DNA of 62,568 nt, taken from NCBI GenBank assembly GCA_964486555.1, contig CAZANP010000003.1, positions 1 through 62,568 of the forward strand, given 5' to 3'. The notes under the pieces were generated by a model, which did not search any database, was not told the origin of the DNA, and saw only the letters and a program-made list of their open reading frames with translations. Below are positions 19,581 to 28,234 of the stretch, one piece after another. Position 1 is the stretch's first letter. Each line of letters starts with the position of its first letter. The position numbers and the translations under genes were made by a program. This DNA comes from an uncultured Thermotoga sp. (GTDB lineage: Bacteria > Thermotogota > Thermotogae > Thermotogales > Thermotogaceae).

Positions 19581-21061
19581 TGTCTTTCAAGATCAAGTAC
19601 ACTCTTCTCATATTGTTGATCTTCGGTTTGATATCACTCGTGAGTTTTTACTTCATATACAACACGCTCGCCAGAGATGTGAGGGATGAAACCCTCTCTC
19701 ATCTTCAAAGTACGGTTGAGATATCCTCGAAAGCTTTGGAAAAATCTTTGGGAAGCGTCCTAATAGTTGCAACGGCGAAAACCAAACCAGAATGGGTTAT
19801 CAATTCCAGCATTCTCGAAATACCTGGATATGGAAGTACAGTTGAACCGGAAATAGAGTTTTCAAAAGAGAAGGAAACGATAACAGCTAGAATATTCGGT
19901 ATAGTTAACGACATGAAGTACGACGTTACCATAGATTTCGTCAAATTCGTTGACACGATAATAGCAAAACCAAGACATGGATATTATTACATAGTCAGTT
20001 CCGACGGTTTCACTCTCTATCACACCTTCAAGGAGAGAGTGGGAGTGAATCTGAGGGATATAGACCTCGAGGATCTCTTCGACCATATCGTGAAGGAGAG
20101 AAAAGGATGGTATAGATACGATTACGAAGGGGACAGCATATTTGTGTTCTTTGATAAAATAAATCTTCCCTTCAAATCAGATAAAGAGATATTTCTCGCG
20201 AATGCGACACTTGAAAATATCGTTTTTTCATCGCTCAAAAAAATAAGAAATTTCTTTCTCACCATAATACTTCCAATATCTTTGGTTGTCATTCTGATAG
20301 GAGCGTACCTTATCTCAAGTATGGGGGTCAATAAGATACGGTTTCAAACGCAGAGCATAGCGAACTTCACGAAATCTGTCGCCACCGCTCTGTCTAACCT
20401 TTTCGTGTCGTCTTCGGAGATACAGAAAGCAGCTGAAAACACAGCACTGAGTTCTTCGGATCTCAGTGAACTCGTTCAGAACTTCGCAGCTTCCGCAGAA
20501 GAAGGGAAAACGGAAGTGAATCACAGTCTGGATTTGATGAATTCATTCTTAGAGCACGTTGAAAGGGCTAACGATATAATAAAAGAAACCGTTGAACTCA
20601 TGGATTCGCTGAACGAATTGAACGAGAAGATAACGGATCTCTCCGATGTCATTTCCATCCTTGCCATAAACGCTTCAATAGAGAGTTCAAAGGAGAATAT
20701 CGACAGAGAGGGTATAATGAAAATAGCCGATCATATTGCCAAGATAGCGAGCGATGCGAAGGAAACCACAAAGATCTCCAAAAAGACAATCAGCTTAATA
20801 CAGGAGAAGATATCTAAAGTGGTTGAAATGTCTCGTAGCATAGAGGAAGAAGTGGCATCTGCAAGATCCGCCATGAAAAACATCCTTCAGGTCATAGACT
20901 CTCTAACGGAAGGTATAATGAAGCTTCAGGGTCTCTCAGAAAGTCTCGCAGCTGTTTCTCAGGAGACCAATGCGGGTGTGGAAGAGATGGTCTCATCTTT
21001 AGAAAAGATAAGAGAAGAGGTTTCAGAGCTTGAGAGAATGTCAAAGAAGCTGAAATTGTGA
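19577..21061 (+). CDS. methyl-accepting chemotaxis protein-like receptor (two TM helices, periplasmic sensor, divergent signalling domain, no HAMP)
   Basis: 494 aa. TM1 at aa 8-28, a periplasmic region of about 200 aa, TM2 at aa 226-247, then a coiled-coil cytoplasmic domain. Its tip reads LAINASIESSKENIDREGIMKIADHIAKIA instead of the canonical LALNAAIEAARAGExGRGFAVVAxEVRxLA. Confidence 0.7.
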   Translation: MMSFKIKYTLLILLIFGLISLVSFYFIYNTLARDVRDETLSHLQSTVEISSKALEKSLGSVLIVATAKTKPEWVINSSILEIPGYGSTVEPEIEFSKEKETITARIFGIVNDMKYDVTIDFVKFVDTIIAKPRHGYYYIVSSDGFTLYHTFKERVGVNLRDIDLEDLFDHIVKERKGWYRYDYEGDSIFVFFDKINLPFKSDKEIFLANATLENIVFSSLKKIRNFFLTIILPISLVVILIGAYLISSMGVNKIRFQTQSIANFTKSVATALSNLFVSSSEIQKAAENTALSSSDLSELVQNFAASAEEGKTEVNHSLDLMNSFLEHVERANDIIKETVELMDSLNELNEKITDLSDVISILAINASIESSKENIDREGIMKIADHIAKIASDAKETTKISKKTISLIQEKISKVVEMSRSIEEEVASARSAMKNILQVIDSLTEGIMKLQGLSESLAAVSQETNAGVEEMVSSLEKIREEVSELERMSKKLKL

Positions 21062-21073
21062 GGAGGGATATGA

Positions 21074-21529
21074 ATGGCTCTCAAGGAGAAGATAATGGAC
21101 GATTTGAAGAAAGCTATGAAGGAGAGAAACGAAGTTAAAGTCAGAACTCTCAGAATGGTGATCGCCTCCATCAAAAATTGGGAAGTTGAGAACACAAAGG
21201 AGATAGATGATGATGGTATGATCGCTGTCTTGTCGAAAGAAGCTAAAAGAAGGAAAGAAGCCATTGAAGAGTATAGAAAAGCTGGTAGAGAAGATCTGGC
21301 GAAAGCGGAAGAGGAAGAATTGAAAATCATAGAGTCTTATCTTCCAGAACGTATGAGCGAAGAAGAAATAAAAGAACTTGTGTTGAAAACGATAGAAGAG
21401 GTGAAGGCAACTTCTCCCAAGGATCTGGGGAAAGTCATGAAAGTGATCATGCCAAAAGTTAAAGGAAGGGCGGATGGAAAACTGGTGAATGAGATGGTGA
21501 GGAAGATCCTTAGCGATGGTCAAGCTTGA
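21074..21529 (+). CDS. yqeY: GatB/YqeY domain protein
   Basis: 151 aa. Starts MALKEKIMDDLKKAMKERNEVKVRTLRM. Contains YLPERMSEEEI and DLGKVMKVIMPKVKGRADG, typical of YqeY. Confidence 0.9.
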   Translation: MALKEKIMDDLKKAMKERNEVKVRTLRMVIASIKNWEVENTKEIDDDGMIAVLSKEAKRRKEAIEEYRKAGREDLAKAEEEELKIIESYLPERMSEEEIKELVLKTIEEVKATSPKDLGKVMKVIMPKVKGRADGKLVNEMVRKILSDGQA

Positions 21530-22211
21530 TCCCTTCAACGAGAGAATACTTGAAGGCCTTGTGTTAAAGGATGTACCAGGTGAGCACAGACCTACCCATG
21601 CTTCCTCCCTTCTTGTATGGTATTCGAAACCAACGAAAGATGTTAAAAAGGTTGTAGAACTTGGATCCGGCGTGGGAACCGTTTCCATCGCCCTGGCCAA
21701 ACTCTACAATGTGGAAGTTGTCGGCATAGAAAAGGAGGAGAAGTTGTACATGTTATCGAAAGAGAATGTTCATCTCAATGAATTGGAGGGGAAAGTCTCC
21801 TTCGTCAAGGAAGATGTGAAGTACGTGAAGAAGCTATTTCTTGCTGAGGAATTCGATCTGTTGGTTTCAAATCCCCCTCACAACGTAACGGGAGTTCCAA
21901 GTTCGAGGAATATAAGAAAAAGTACGAGAAGTGGTAGTTACGAGTTGATAGATGATCTCGTAGAAGCCACTTTCTACCTTCTCAAAAACGGTGGGCAGTA
22001 CGTTTTTGTGTTGTCTCCTGTGAACCTCATCACATGGATCGTGAAGTTAAAGTTGAAGAGACTCGAGCCCAAAAGGTTGTGTCTTGTTCATGGAAAGAAG
22101 AGCAAAAAAGCTGAATTGGTACTTTTGAGAGGGCGAAAAAATGGAAAGGAAGGCCTGGTAATCGATCCACCTGTTATTTTGAAGGAAGGTGATGAAGTTG
22201 GAGATCGATGA
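21516..22211 (+). CDS. class I SAM-dependent methyltransferase (N6-adenine/N5-glutamine NPPx type; TrmN6/YfiC-like)
   Basis: 231 aa. SAM motif VVELGSGVGTVS and catalytic-type motif LLVSNPPH. Confidence 0.7.
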   Translation: MVKLDPFNERILEGLVLKDVPGEHRPTHASSLLVWYSKPTKDVKKVVELGSGVGTVSIALAKLYNVEVVGIEKEEKLYMLSKENVHLNELEGKVSFVKEDVKYVKKLFLAEEFDLLVSNPPHNVTGVPSSRNIRKSTRSGSYELIDDLVEATFYLLKNGGQYVFVLSPVNLITWIVKLKLKRLEPKRLCLVHGKKSKKAELVLLRGRKNGKEGLVIDPPVILKEGDEVGDR

Positions 22212-22479
22212 TTTGGAGGAGAGAATAGACAAAGCAATAGAAGAAGAAAATTTTGAAGAGTTACTCGACTTGTTGAAGAGGAGAACGGAGATTCTAAAAA
22301 CACTCGTTGATAAGAGTAAAATACAGGAATTGAAAAATAAGGATGAGGAAAGAATAAAGATATTGAAGCGGAAGATGGAGAAATTGAAAAATGAAGCGAT
22401 GGTCCTGAAGAGAGCAAGGAATGAGTACAAAAAACTCCTAGATCTTATGAAAGGAGGAGAAGATATAGGCAGGGCGTGA
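22189..22479 (+). CDS. hypothetical coiled-coil protein
   Basis: 96 aa, highly charged helical sequence. Overlaps the upstream gene by 23 nt. No recognisable motif. Confidence 0.45.
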   Translation: MMKLEIDDLEERIDKAIEEENFEELLDLLKRRTEILKTLVDKSKIQELKNKDEERIKILKRKMEKLKNEAMVLKRARNEYKKLLDLMKGGEDIGRA

Positions 22480-22480
22480 T

Positions 22481-23413
22481 CTAGGTTTTTTCCTCCCTTG
22501 AATATGGAATCCCGAGAGCACTGGGAGCTCCTATTCTCTGTCTGAAGGTCTTGCTGAAACTGAACAACACCATTGCAAGAAGTGTTACCACATAAGGAAG
22601 CATCATCAGAAGGTTTGCAGAAACACTGACTTTTCCTCCTGCCTGAAGTCTCAATTGTATAGCCATCACCCCTCCGAAAAGATAAGATCCTATCATAGCT
22701 TTGAAAGGTTCCCAAGCTGCAAATATCACAAGTGCGATCGCAATCCATCCCCTTCCAGCAGACATGTTCTCTATCCACATCGAGGTATAGGCAAGGGAAA
22801 GATAAGCCCCTCCAGCTGCGGTGATCGCCCCTCCAATCACAGTAGCTAGGTACCTCACAAGGAAAACGTTTATTCCCAGAGAATCCGCAGCCGATGGTTC
22901 TTCACCAACCGCTCTCAAAGTCATACCAGCTTTGGTTCTGAATATGAAATAAAACAGGAAAATCGTAAGGATATAGCTGAGATAAACCAGTATGTCGTGG
23001 TTGAAAAAAGCCTTTCCGATGATCGGTATATTGGATAGGTATGGAAGCGGGATCTCTGAGAACCTTGGGATGACTTCTCCTATGTATTTCCTTCCTATCA
23101 TCCCTGAAATTCCCATTCCAAGCATCGTCAGAGCAAGACCACTCACAACCTGATTCACCCTCAGTGTTATGGACATGAAGGCATGTATGAATGCGAAAGC
23201 TCCCCCCACCAGTACAGCCAAAAGAAAAGCAAGATATACGTTGTGAAAAGTGTAAGCCCCCACAAATCCCGTTATGGCGCCTATGAGCATCAAACCTTCA
23301 AGCCCCAGATTCAGAACCCCACTTCTCTCAGTTATTATCTCTCCAAGCGCTGCAAAAAGAAGGGGGGTACCAGATCTCACAGCCGCTGCCAACACACTCG
23401 TGAACATCTCCAT
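22481..23413 (-). CDS. ABC transporter permease (BMP/nucleoside-type, second permease)
   Basis: 310-aa polytopic protein of the BPD_transp_2 type. Lies in an operon with a dual-ATPase gene and BMP binding-protein genes. Confidence 0.85.
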   Translation of the reverse strand: MEMFTSVLAAAVRSGTPLLFAALGEIITERSGVLNLGLEGLMLIGAITGFVGAYTFHNVYLAFLLAVLVGGAFAFIHAFMSITLRVNQVVSGLALTMLGMGISGMIGRKYIGEVIPRFSEIPLPYLSNIPIIGKAFFNHDILVYLSYILTIFLFYFIFRTKAGMTLRAVGEEPSAADSLGINVFLVRYLATVIGGAITAAGGAYLSLAYTSMWIENMSAGRGWIAIALVIFAAWEPFKAMIGSYLFGGVMAIQLRLQAGGKVSVSANLLMMLPYVVTLLAMVLFSFSKTFRQRIGAPSALGIPYSREEKT

Positions 23414-23423
23414 ATCACTTCAC

Positions 23424-24506
23424 CTACCTTTTCACTATCCTTATTCTGTATCTGAAGATGGTTTCTGAAGCGAGTAGAGAAAACAGTATTATCCCTTGAA
23501 GAGCGTTTATCAAAGATATCGGTATCCTCATTATTATCTGGAGTTGTTCACTTCCAACCATCAGTCCTCCAAAGAGAAAAGAAACGAGAATGGTGGCCCA
23601 TGGATTCAACCTCGAAAGCCAGGCTATTATTATTCCGGTGTATCCATAGCCAGGTGAGAATCCGTGTTGAAGCCTGTGCTGGACTCCCAACATCTGAATG
23701 GCTCCTGCAAGTCCAGCCAAAGCGCCACTCAACATCATAGCAAAGATAATATTCTTTTTTGTATTTATACCAGCGTATTTTGCTGCTTTTTCGTTATCTC
23801 CTATAACTTTCAAATCAAAACCCCACCTCGTCTTGTTCATAAGGATGTACACGATTACAACCATACCAAAAGCTATGAATATGCCGAGGTGAATACCCGT
23901 ATCACCCATGCTGGGAAGCCATGTGTGCTCAGGAAACATAGCAGTTAATGGGAAGTTGTAACCGTGAGGATCCTTCCACGGACCGTATATAAGGTAGTTC
24001 ACCCAGTAATAGGCTATATAATTCAACATGAGGGTGGCTACTATCTCATCCAAATTCAGAAAAGCTTTCAAAACACCAGGAATCACCCCCCAGAATGCCC
24101 CAGCTAGGGTACCAAGGATCAAGAGTATGGGTACAACCAGAGGACTTTGAAAATCTTTCAGGAAGAAAAGAGCACCCCACGTTGTCGCCATGGCTCCAAG
24201 GTACAACTGACCTTCTGCACCTATGTTCCATATTCTCATGCGAAAAACTATCGTCAAACCGAGTCCTGTTAGCATAAGAGGTATCATCTTCTGGATGGTG
24301 TCGGATAAACCGCACTCAGGTATGAAAGGCCATGAAAACATCTCTTTGTAAGCTTCCAGAGCGTTGGAGAATTTACCAGTAGTGGCCCATATGGTGATTC
24401 CCATAAGAATTAACGATATAGTTATCGAGAACAGAGGAATCAACACGGGAAAATATCTTGGGATCTCCAACCTTTTCTCAACTTTTATTTTATACATCGA
24501 CGACAC
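23424..24506 (-). CDS. ABC transporter permease (BMP/nucleoside-type, first permease)
   Basis: 360-aa polytopic protein of the BPD_transp_2 type. Overlaps the ATPase gene end by 17 nt. Confidence 0.85.
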   Translation of the reverse strand: MSSMYKIKVEKRLEIPRYFPVLIPLFSITISLILMGITIWATTGKFSNALEAYKEMFSWPFIPECGLSDTIQKMIPLMLTGLGLTIVFRMRIWNIGAEGQLYLGAMATTWGALFFLKDFQSPLVVPILLILGTLAGAFWGVIPGVLKAFLNLDEIVATLMLNYIAYYWVNYLIYGPWKDPHGYNFPLTAMFPEHTWLPSMGDTGIHLGIFIAFGMVVIVYILMNKTRWGFDLKVIGDNEKAAKYAGINTKKNIIFAMMLSGALAGLAGAIQMLGVQHRLQHGFSPGYGYTGIIIAWLSRLNPWATILVSFLFGGLMVGSEQLQIIMRIPISLINALQGIILFSLLASETIFRYRIRIVKR

Positions 24507-25980
24507 CTGCCATCATCAAACCGATCTTTTCGAGATTGGAGGGATCTGGTTCTACTTCACCAACGATTCTACCTTCGTATATCACGACGACTCTATCAGA
24601 TAGGGTAAATATCTCGTCCAGATCTCCAGCAAGAAGTAAGATGGCGACTCCTCTGTCCCTGGCTTCTAACAGACTCCTGTAAACGAATTCCATGGAAGCT
24701 ACATCCAAACCCCTCGTTGGGTGTTCGGCGATTATGAGTCTGGGATGAAGCTCGAATTCCCTTGCCACAACCACTTTTTGAATGTTTCCGCCGGACAGAA
24801 GTTTTACCGGCTGCAAAGGATCTGGCGTGATGATGGAGTATTTCTCTATCAACGTTTTAACGGTATCCAGAATCTTTCTCTTGTCGAACCAGAAGGTCCT
24901 CTCTTTACTCTTAAGGAAGAGGTTCTCCGCTATTGAAAGGTTGGGACAAGTTGCTATCTCCTTCCTATCCTGGGGAATGTAGGATATGCCCAGTGATATT
25001 CTCTTTGAAACATCCTCTCTTGTTATATCCTTACCGTAAAAGATGATTCGCCCGGAAGAAACTTCCCTGAGACCCGTTATGACTTCCGCTAATTCTCTCT
25101 GACCGTTTCCTGCAACTCCTGCAACACCAAGAATCTCTCCTTCCCTGACTTCCAAATTTATACCATTTAAAGCTGTGAACCCTTTATCGTTCAATGCCCT
25201 TACATCCTCAACTCTTAGCACTTCTCTTCCAGGATTCGCCGGTTTTTTCTCGATCTGAAACACAACGTTCCTTCCAACCATCATTCGCGCCAGTTTCTTT
25301 TCATCGTATTCTCCTCTTTTCAGAGTGCCAACAACCTCACCATTTTTTAGAACCGTCACCCTGTCGCTTATTTCCATAACTTCCTTCAGTTTGTGGCTTA
25401 TGAATATAACACCCGCTCCGTTCTCGATCATGAGTCTTATGGCTTTGAACAAGGCCTTGGTCTCCTGAGGAGTCAAAACAGCTGTTGGTTCATCGAGTAT
25501 GACAACTTTGGCATTCATGTAAAGCAATTTCAAGATCTCCACTCTCTGTCTTTCACCAACGGACATCTGCCATATCCTCGCATTTGGATCTATCCTGAGC
25601 TCGTACTCTTCAGATATCTTTCTTATCCTATCGATCACATCGCTGACATTCTTTTCGAATCTTCTCGTACTGAGCATTATATTTTCAGCAACGGTGAAGG
25701 AAGGGACCAACGTGAAATGCTGCTGAACCATCCCTATACCCAGAGTGAGAGCTTGAGATGGGGAGTGTATTTTCACCTTCTCTCCTCTGTAGAATATCTC
25801 TCCCTCATCCATCCTGTAGAGACCGTATAGTATGTTCATAAGAGTGGTCTTGCCAGCCCCGTTTTCTCCTAGGAGAGCATGAACTTCCCCTTCAAACAGA
25901 TCGAAATTTACTTTGTTGAGAGCAAGGATTCCTGGGAAGCGCTTCACAACATTTTTCATGGCAAGAAGAGGTCCCATCAC
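24490..25980 (-). CDS. ABC transporter ATP-binding protein with duplicated ATPase domains
   Basis: 496 aa. First domain has Walker A GENGAGKTT, a degenerate signature MSVGERQR and Walker B VVILDEPTA. The second half has signature LSGGNIQK. Typical of sugar/nucleoside CUT2-type importers. Confidence 0.9.
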   Translation of the reverse strand: MMGPLLAMKNVVKRFPGILALNKVNFDLFEGEVHALLGENGAGKTTLMNILYGLYRMDEGEIFYRGEKVKIHSPSQALTLGIGMVQQHFTLVPSFTVAENIMLSTRRFEKNVSDVIDRIRKISEEYELRIDPNARIWQMSVGERQRVEILKLLYMNAKVVILDEPTAVLTPQETKALFKAIRLMIENGAGVIFISHKLKEVMEISDRVTVLKNGEVVGTLKRGEYDEKKLARMMVGRNVVFQIEKKPANPGREVLRVEDVRALNDKGFTALNGINLEVREGEILGVAGVAGNGQRELAEVITGLREVSSGRIIFYGKDITREDVSKRISLGISYIPQDRKEIATCPNLSIAENLFLKSKERTFWFDKRKILDTVKTLIEKYSIITPDPLQPVKLLSGGNIQKVVVAREFELHPRLIIAEHPTRGLDVASMEFVYRSLLEARDRGVAILLLAGDLDEIFTLSDRVVVIYEGRIVGEVEPDPSNLEKIGLMMAGVVDV

Positions 25981-25989
25981 GTTACCCCC

Positions 25990-26022
25990 TCAAAAAACAG
26001 AAGGAGGCCGGAAGCCTCCTTC
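25990..26022 (-). terminator. intra-operon rho-independent terminator/attenuator hairpin after the binding-protein gene
   Basis: On the minus strand: GAAGGAGGC-TTCCG-GCCTCCTTC (9-bp GC-rich stem), then TGTTTTTT. The stem overlaps the SBP stop codon. It is followed by the GAGGGGG SD of the ATPase gene. Confidence 0.6.
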
Positions 26023-27085
26023 ATTCACCACCCTTTGGAATCGTTCCTTTCACGTTGTCAACGAACCAATCCATGGAAAGGAGGGATTCATCTGACAGTT
26101 TCTCTCCTTCTTTGACTCTCAGTTTCCCTTCCTGATCGTAGATCGGACCTTCAAATGGATCGAAGTATCCTTCCTTTATGGCCTTTTTGAAAACTTCAAC
26201 GAGCTTTTTAACGTTGTCTGGAACCATTGGCCCAAAAGGTGCTATATCCACGATTCCTTCATCCATTCCACCCCAGTAGAACCCATGCTTGTAGGTCCCT
26301 TTCATTATCTCATCCACAACCTTCGCGTAGTAAACACCCCAATTCCACACAGGAGCTGTAAGATGAGCTTTAGGTGCGAATTTACTCATATCGCTGTTGT
26401 AGCCGATGGCATAGGCTCCTCTATCCTGAGCTGCCTGAACCGGGGCTGGGGAATCTTGGTGTTGTGCGATAACATCTGCTCCAGCATCTAGAAGGCTCAG
26501 TGCGGCTTCCTTTTCAGTTGCTGGATCGTACCATGTATGAGTCCAGACAACGTGAACTTTCGCTTTTGGGTTCACAAGCTTAACCCCAAGTGCAAAGGCG
26601 TTTATTCCCCTTATGACCTCGGGAATCGGATGTGCTGCGACGTATCCTATAATGTTACTCTTCGTCATCATACCCGCAACTATTCCTGTTAAAAACCTGG
26701 CCTGATACATCCTTCCAAAGTAAGCTGTCATGTTCTTGTAGGTTTTGTAACCTGAACAATGGAAGAAATGGATCTTCGGGAACTCCTTGGCTGCCATGAG
26801 TGTAGAATCCATGTAACCAAAACTCGTCGTGAATATCACGTCATACCCTCTCTTTGCAAAACTCTTTATCGTGTTGTAAGCTTCCATACCTTCTGGAACG
26901 CTTTCAACATAGGAAGTTACGACCTTATCACCGAAGACCTTTTCAAGGTATAACCTTCCCTGATCGTGAGCGTAGGTCCAACCAGCGTCACCTATGGGGC
27001 CAACGTAGATGAAAGCTATCTTCAAAGGTTTCGCTAAAGTCAAAAGGGCAAAAGTTAGAAATAAAACAAAGAGGATCTTCTTCAT
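26021..27085 (-). CDS. BMP-family (basic membrane protein / PnrA-like) ABC substrate-binding protein, copy 1
   Basis: About 354 aa with a signal peptide and BMP-family pattern (IAFIYVGPIGDAGWTYAHDQG). ATG at 27085 has better SD spacing than the track start at 27091. Confidence 0.88.
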   Translation of the reverse strand: MKKILFVLFLTFALLTLAKPLKIAFIYVGPIGDAGWTYAHDQGRLYLEKVFGDKVVTSYVESVPEGMEAYNTIKSFAKRGYDVIFTTSFGYMDSTLMAAKEFPKIHFFHCSGYKTYKNMTAYFGRMYQARFLTGIVAGMMTKSNIIGYVAAHPIPEVIRGINAFALGVKLVNPKAKVHVVWTHTWYDPATEKEAALSLLDAGADVIAQHQDSPAPVQAAQDRGAYAIGYNSDMSKFAPKAHLTAPVWNWGVYYAKVVDEIMKGTYKHGFYWGGMDEGIVDIAPFGPMVPDNVKKLVEVFKKAIKEGYFDPFEGPIYDQEGKLRVKEGEKLSDESLLSMDWFVDNVKGTIPKGGE

Positions 27086-27101
27086 ACTCATCCCTCCAAA
27101 T

Positions 27102-28169
27102 TCAGTGTTCTACACCTTTTGGAATGGTACCAATTATGTTGTCAACGAACCAGTTCATGGAGAGAAGTTCCTCATCGCTGAGAACTTCCCCGGGTTTCAC
27201 CCTGAGATTTCCGCTCTGATCGTATATGGGTCCTTCGAATGGATGGAACTCGCCTCTTTTAATGGCTTCTTCAAATACTTTTACTATCTTTTTCACATTA
27301 TCTGGAACCTTGTCGGAAAGGGGAGCGAGTTTGACGATCCCATCTGCCATACCACCCCAGTAATTCTCGGATTTCCACGTTCCATTGAGTACTTCCTTTA
27401 TGACCCGCTCGTAATACACTCCCCAGTTCCACATGGGCGATGTCAGATTGTAATTGGGTCCAAACTTTCTCATGTCGCTGTTGTAACCTATCGAGTAAAC
27501 TCCCTTCTCTTCCGCTGCCTTCACGGGAGCGGCGGAGTCTGTTTGCTGTGCTATAACATCTGCTCCAAGATCGATGAAACTCAAAGCCGCTTCTTTCTCA
27601 GTCGCTGGATCGTACCATGCATTCGTCCAGACAACGTGAACTTTCGCTTTTGGGTTCACAAGCTTAACCCCAAGTGCAAAAGCATTGGTTATCCTTATGA
27701 CCTCGGGTATGGGATGAGGAGCAACGTATCCGATTACGTTGCTTTTTGTCATCATACCTGCAACTATTCCAGCAAGAAAGCTCGGCTCATACATCCTTCC
27801 AAAGTAAGCGCTCATATTCTTGTAAGTCTTGTAACCCGAGCAATGCAGGAATATCGTATTCGGGTATTTCTTAGCGGCTTCGAGCGTTGCATCCATAAAA
27901 CCAAAACTCGTTGTGAATATTACCTTGTAACCTCTTTTTGCCAAAGATTCTATAACTCTGTACGATTCCATCCCATCTGGAACGTTTTCAATGTAAGTAG
28001 TTTCGATTTTGTCACCAAATACCTTTTCAATATAGACTCTTCCCTGATCGTGAGCGTAGGTCCAGCCAGCGTCACCCACTGGCCCAACGTACACGAATCC
28101 AACCTTCAACTTGGGAAAGCCAATGGTGAAAGCTACGATCACAAGGAAAATTATCAAAAGTTTTTTCAC
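27102..28169 (-). CDS. BMP-family ABC substrate-binding protein, copy 2 (tandem paralog)
   Basis: 355 aa with a signal peptide. Alignable along its full length to copy 1. GTG start with AGGAGGTGA SD. Confidence 0.88.
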   Translation of the reverse strand: MKKLLIIFLVIVAFTIGFPKLKVGFVYVGPVGDAGWTYAHDQGRVYIEKVFGDKIETTYIENVPDGMESYRVIESLAKRGYKVIFTTSFGFMDATLEAAKKYPNTIFLHCSGYKTYKNMSAYFGRMYEPSFLAGIVAGMMTKSNVIGYVAPHPIPEVIRITNAFALGVKLVNPKAKVHVVWTNAWYDPATEKEAALSFIDLGADVIAQQTDSAAPVKAAEEKGVYSIGYNSDMRKFGPNYNLTSPMWNWGVYYERVIKEVLNGTWKSENYWGGMADGIVKLAPLSDKVPDNVKKIVKVFEEAIKRGEFHPFEGPIYDQSGNLRVKPGEVLSDEELLSMNWFVDNIIGTIPKGVEH

Positions 28170-28184
28170 TTTTTCACCTCCTAA

Positions 28185-28225
28185 CTAAAATAAAAAACAT
28201 TTTGAGGAACAATGTTTCGTTCCTC
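28185..28225 (-). terminator. putative rho-independent terminator after dprA (or leader hairpin of the BMP operon)
   Basis: On the minus strand: GAGGAAC-GAAACATT-GTTCCTC (7-bp stem, 28204-28225), then AAAATGTTTTTTATTTT. Confidence 0.45.
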
Positions 28226-28234
28226 CACACCGAG

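Noticed and set aside
21041-22778. Long minus-strand ORFs (21041-21700 and 22047-22778) overlapping yqeY, the methyltransferase, the 96-aa ORF and a permease gene.
   Set aside because: They are shadow ORFs with low-complexity Ser/Phe/Leu-rich translations. Recognisable genes on the plus strand, or in another frame, explain the region.
27009-28184. A 391-aa plus-strand ORF opposite the second BMP binding-protein gene.
   Set aside because: The reasoning is the same as for the glmU antisense ORF. It is an antisense shadow of a strongly supported gene, with atypical composition and no SD.
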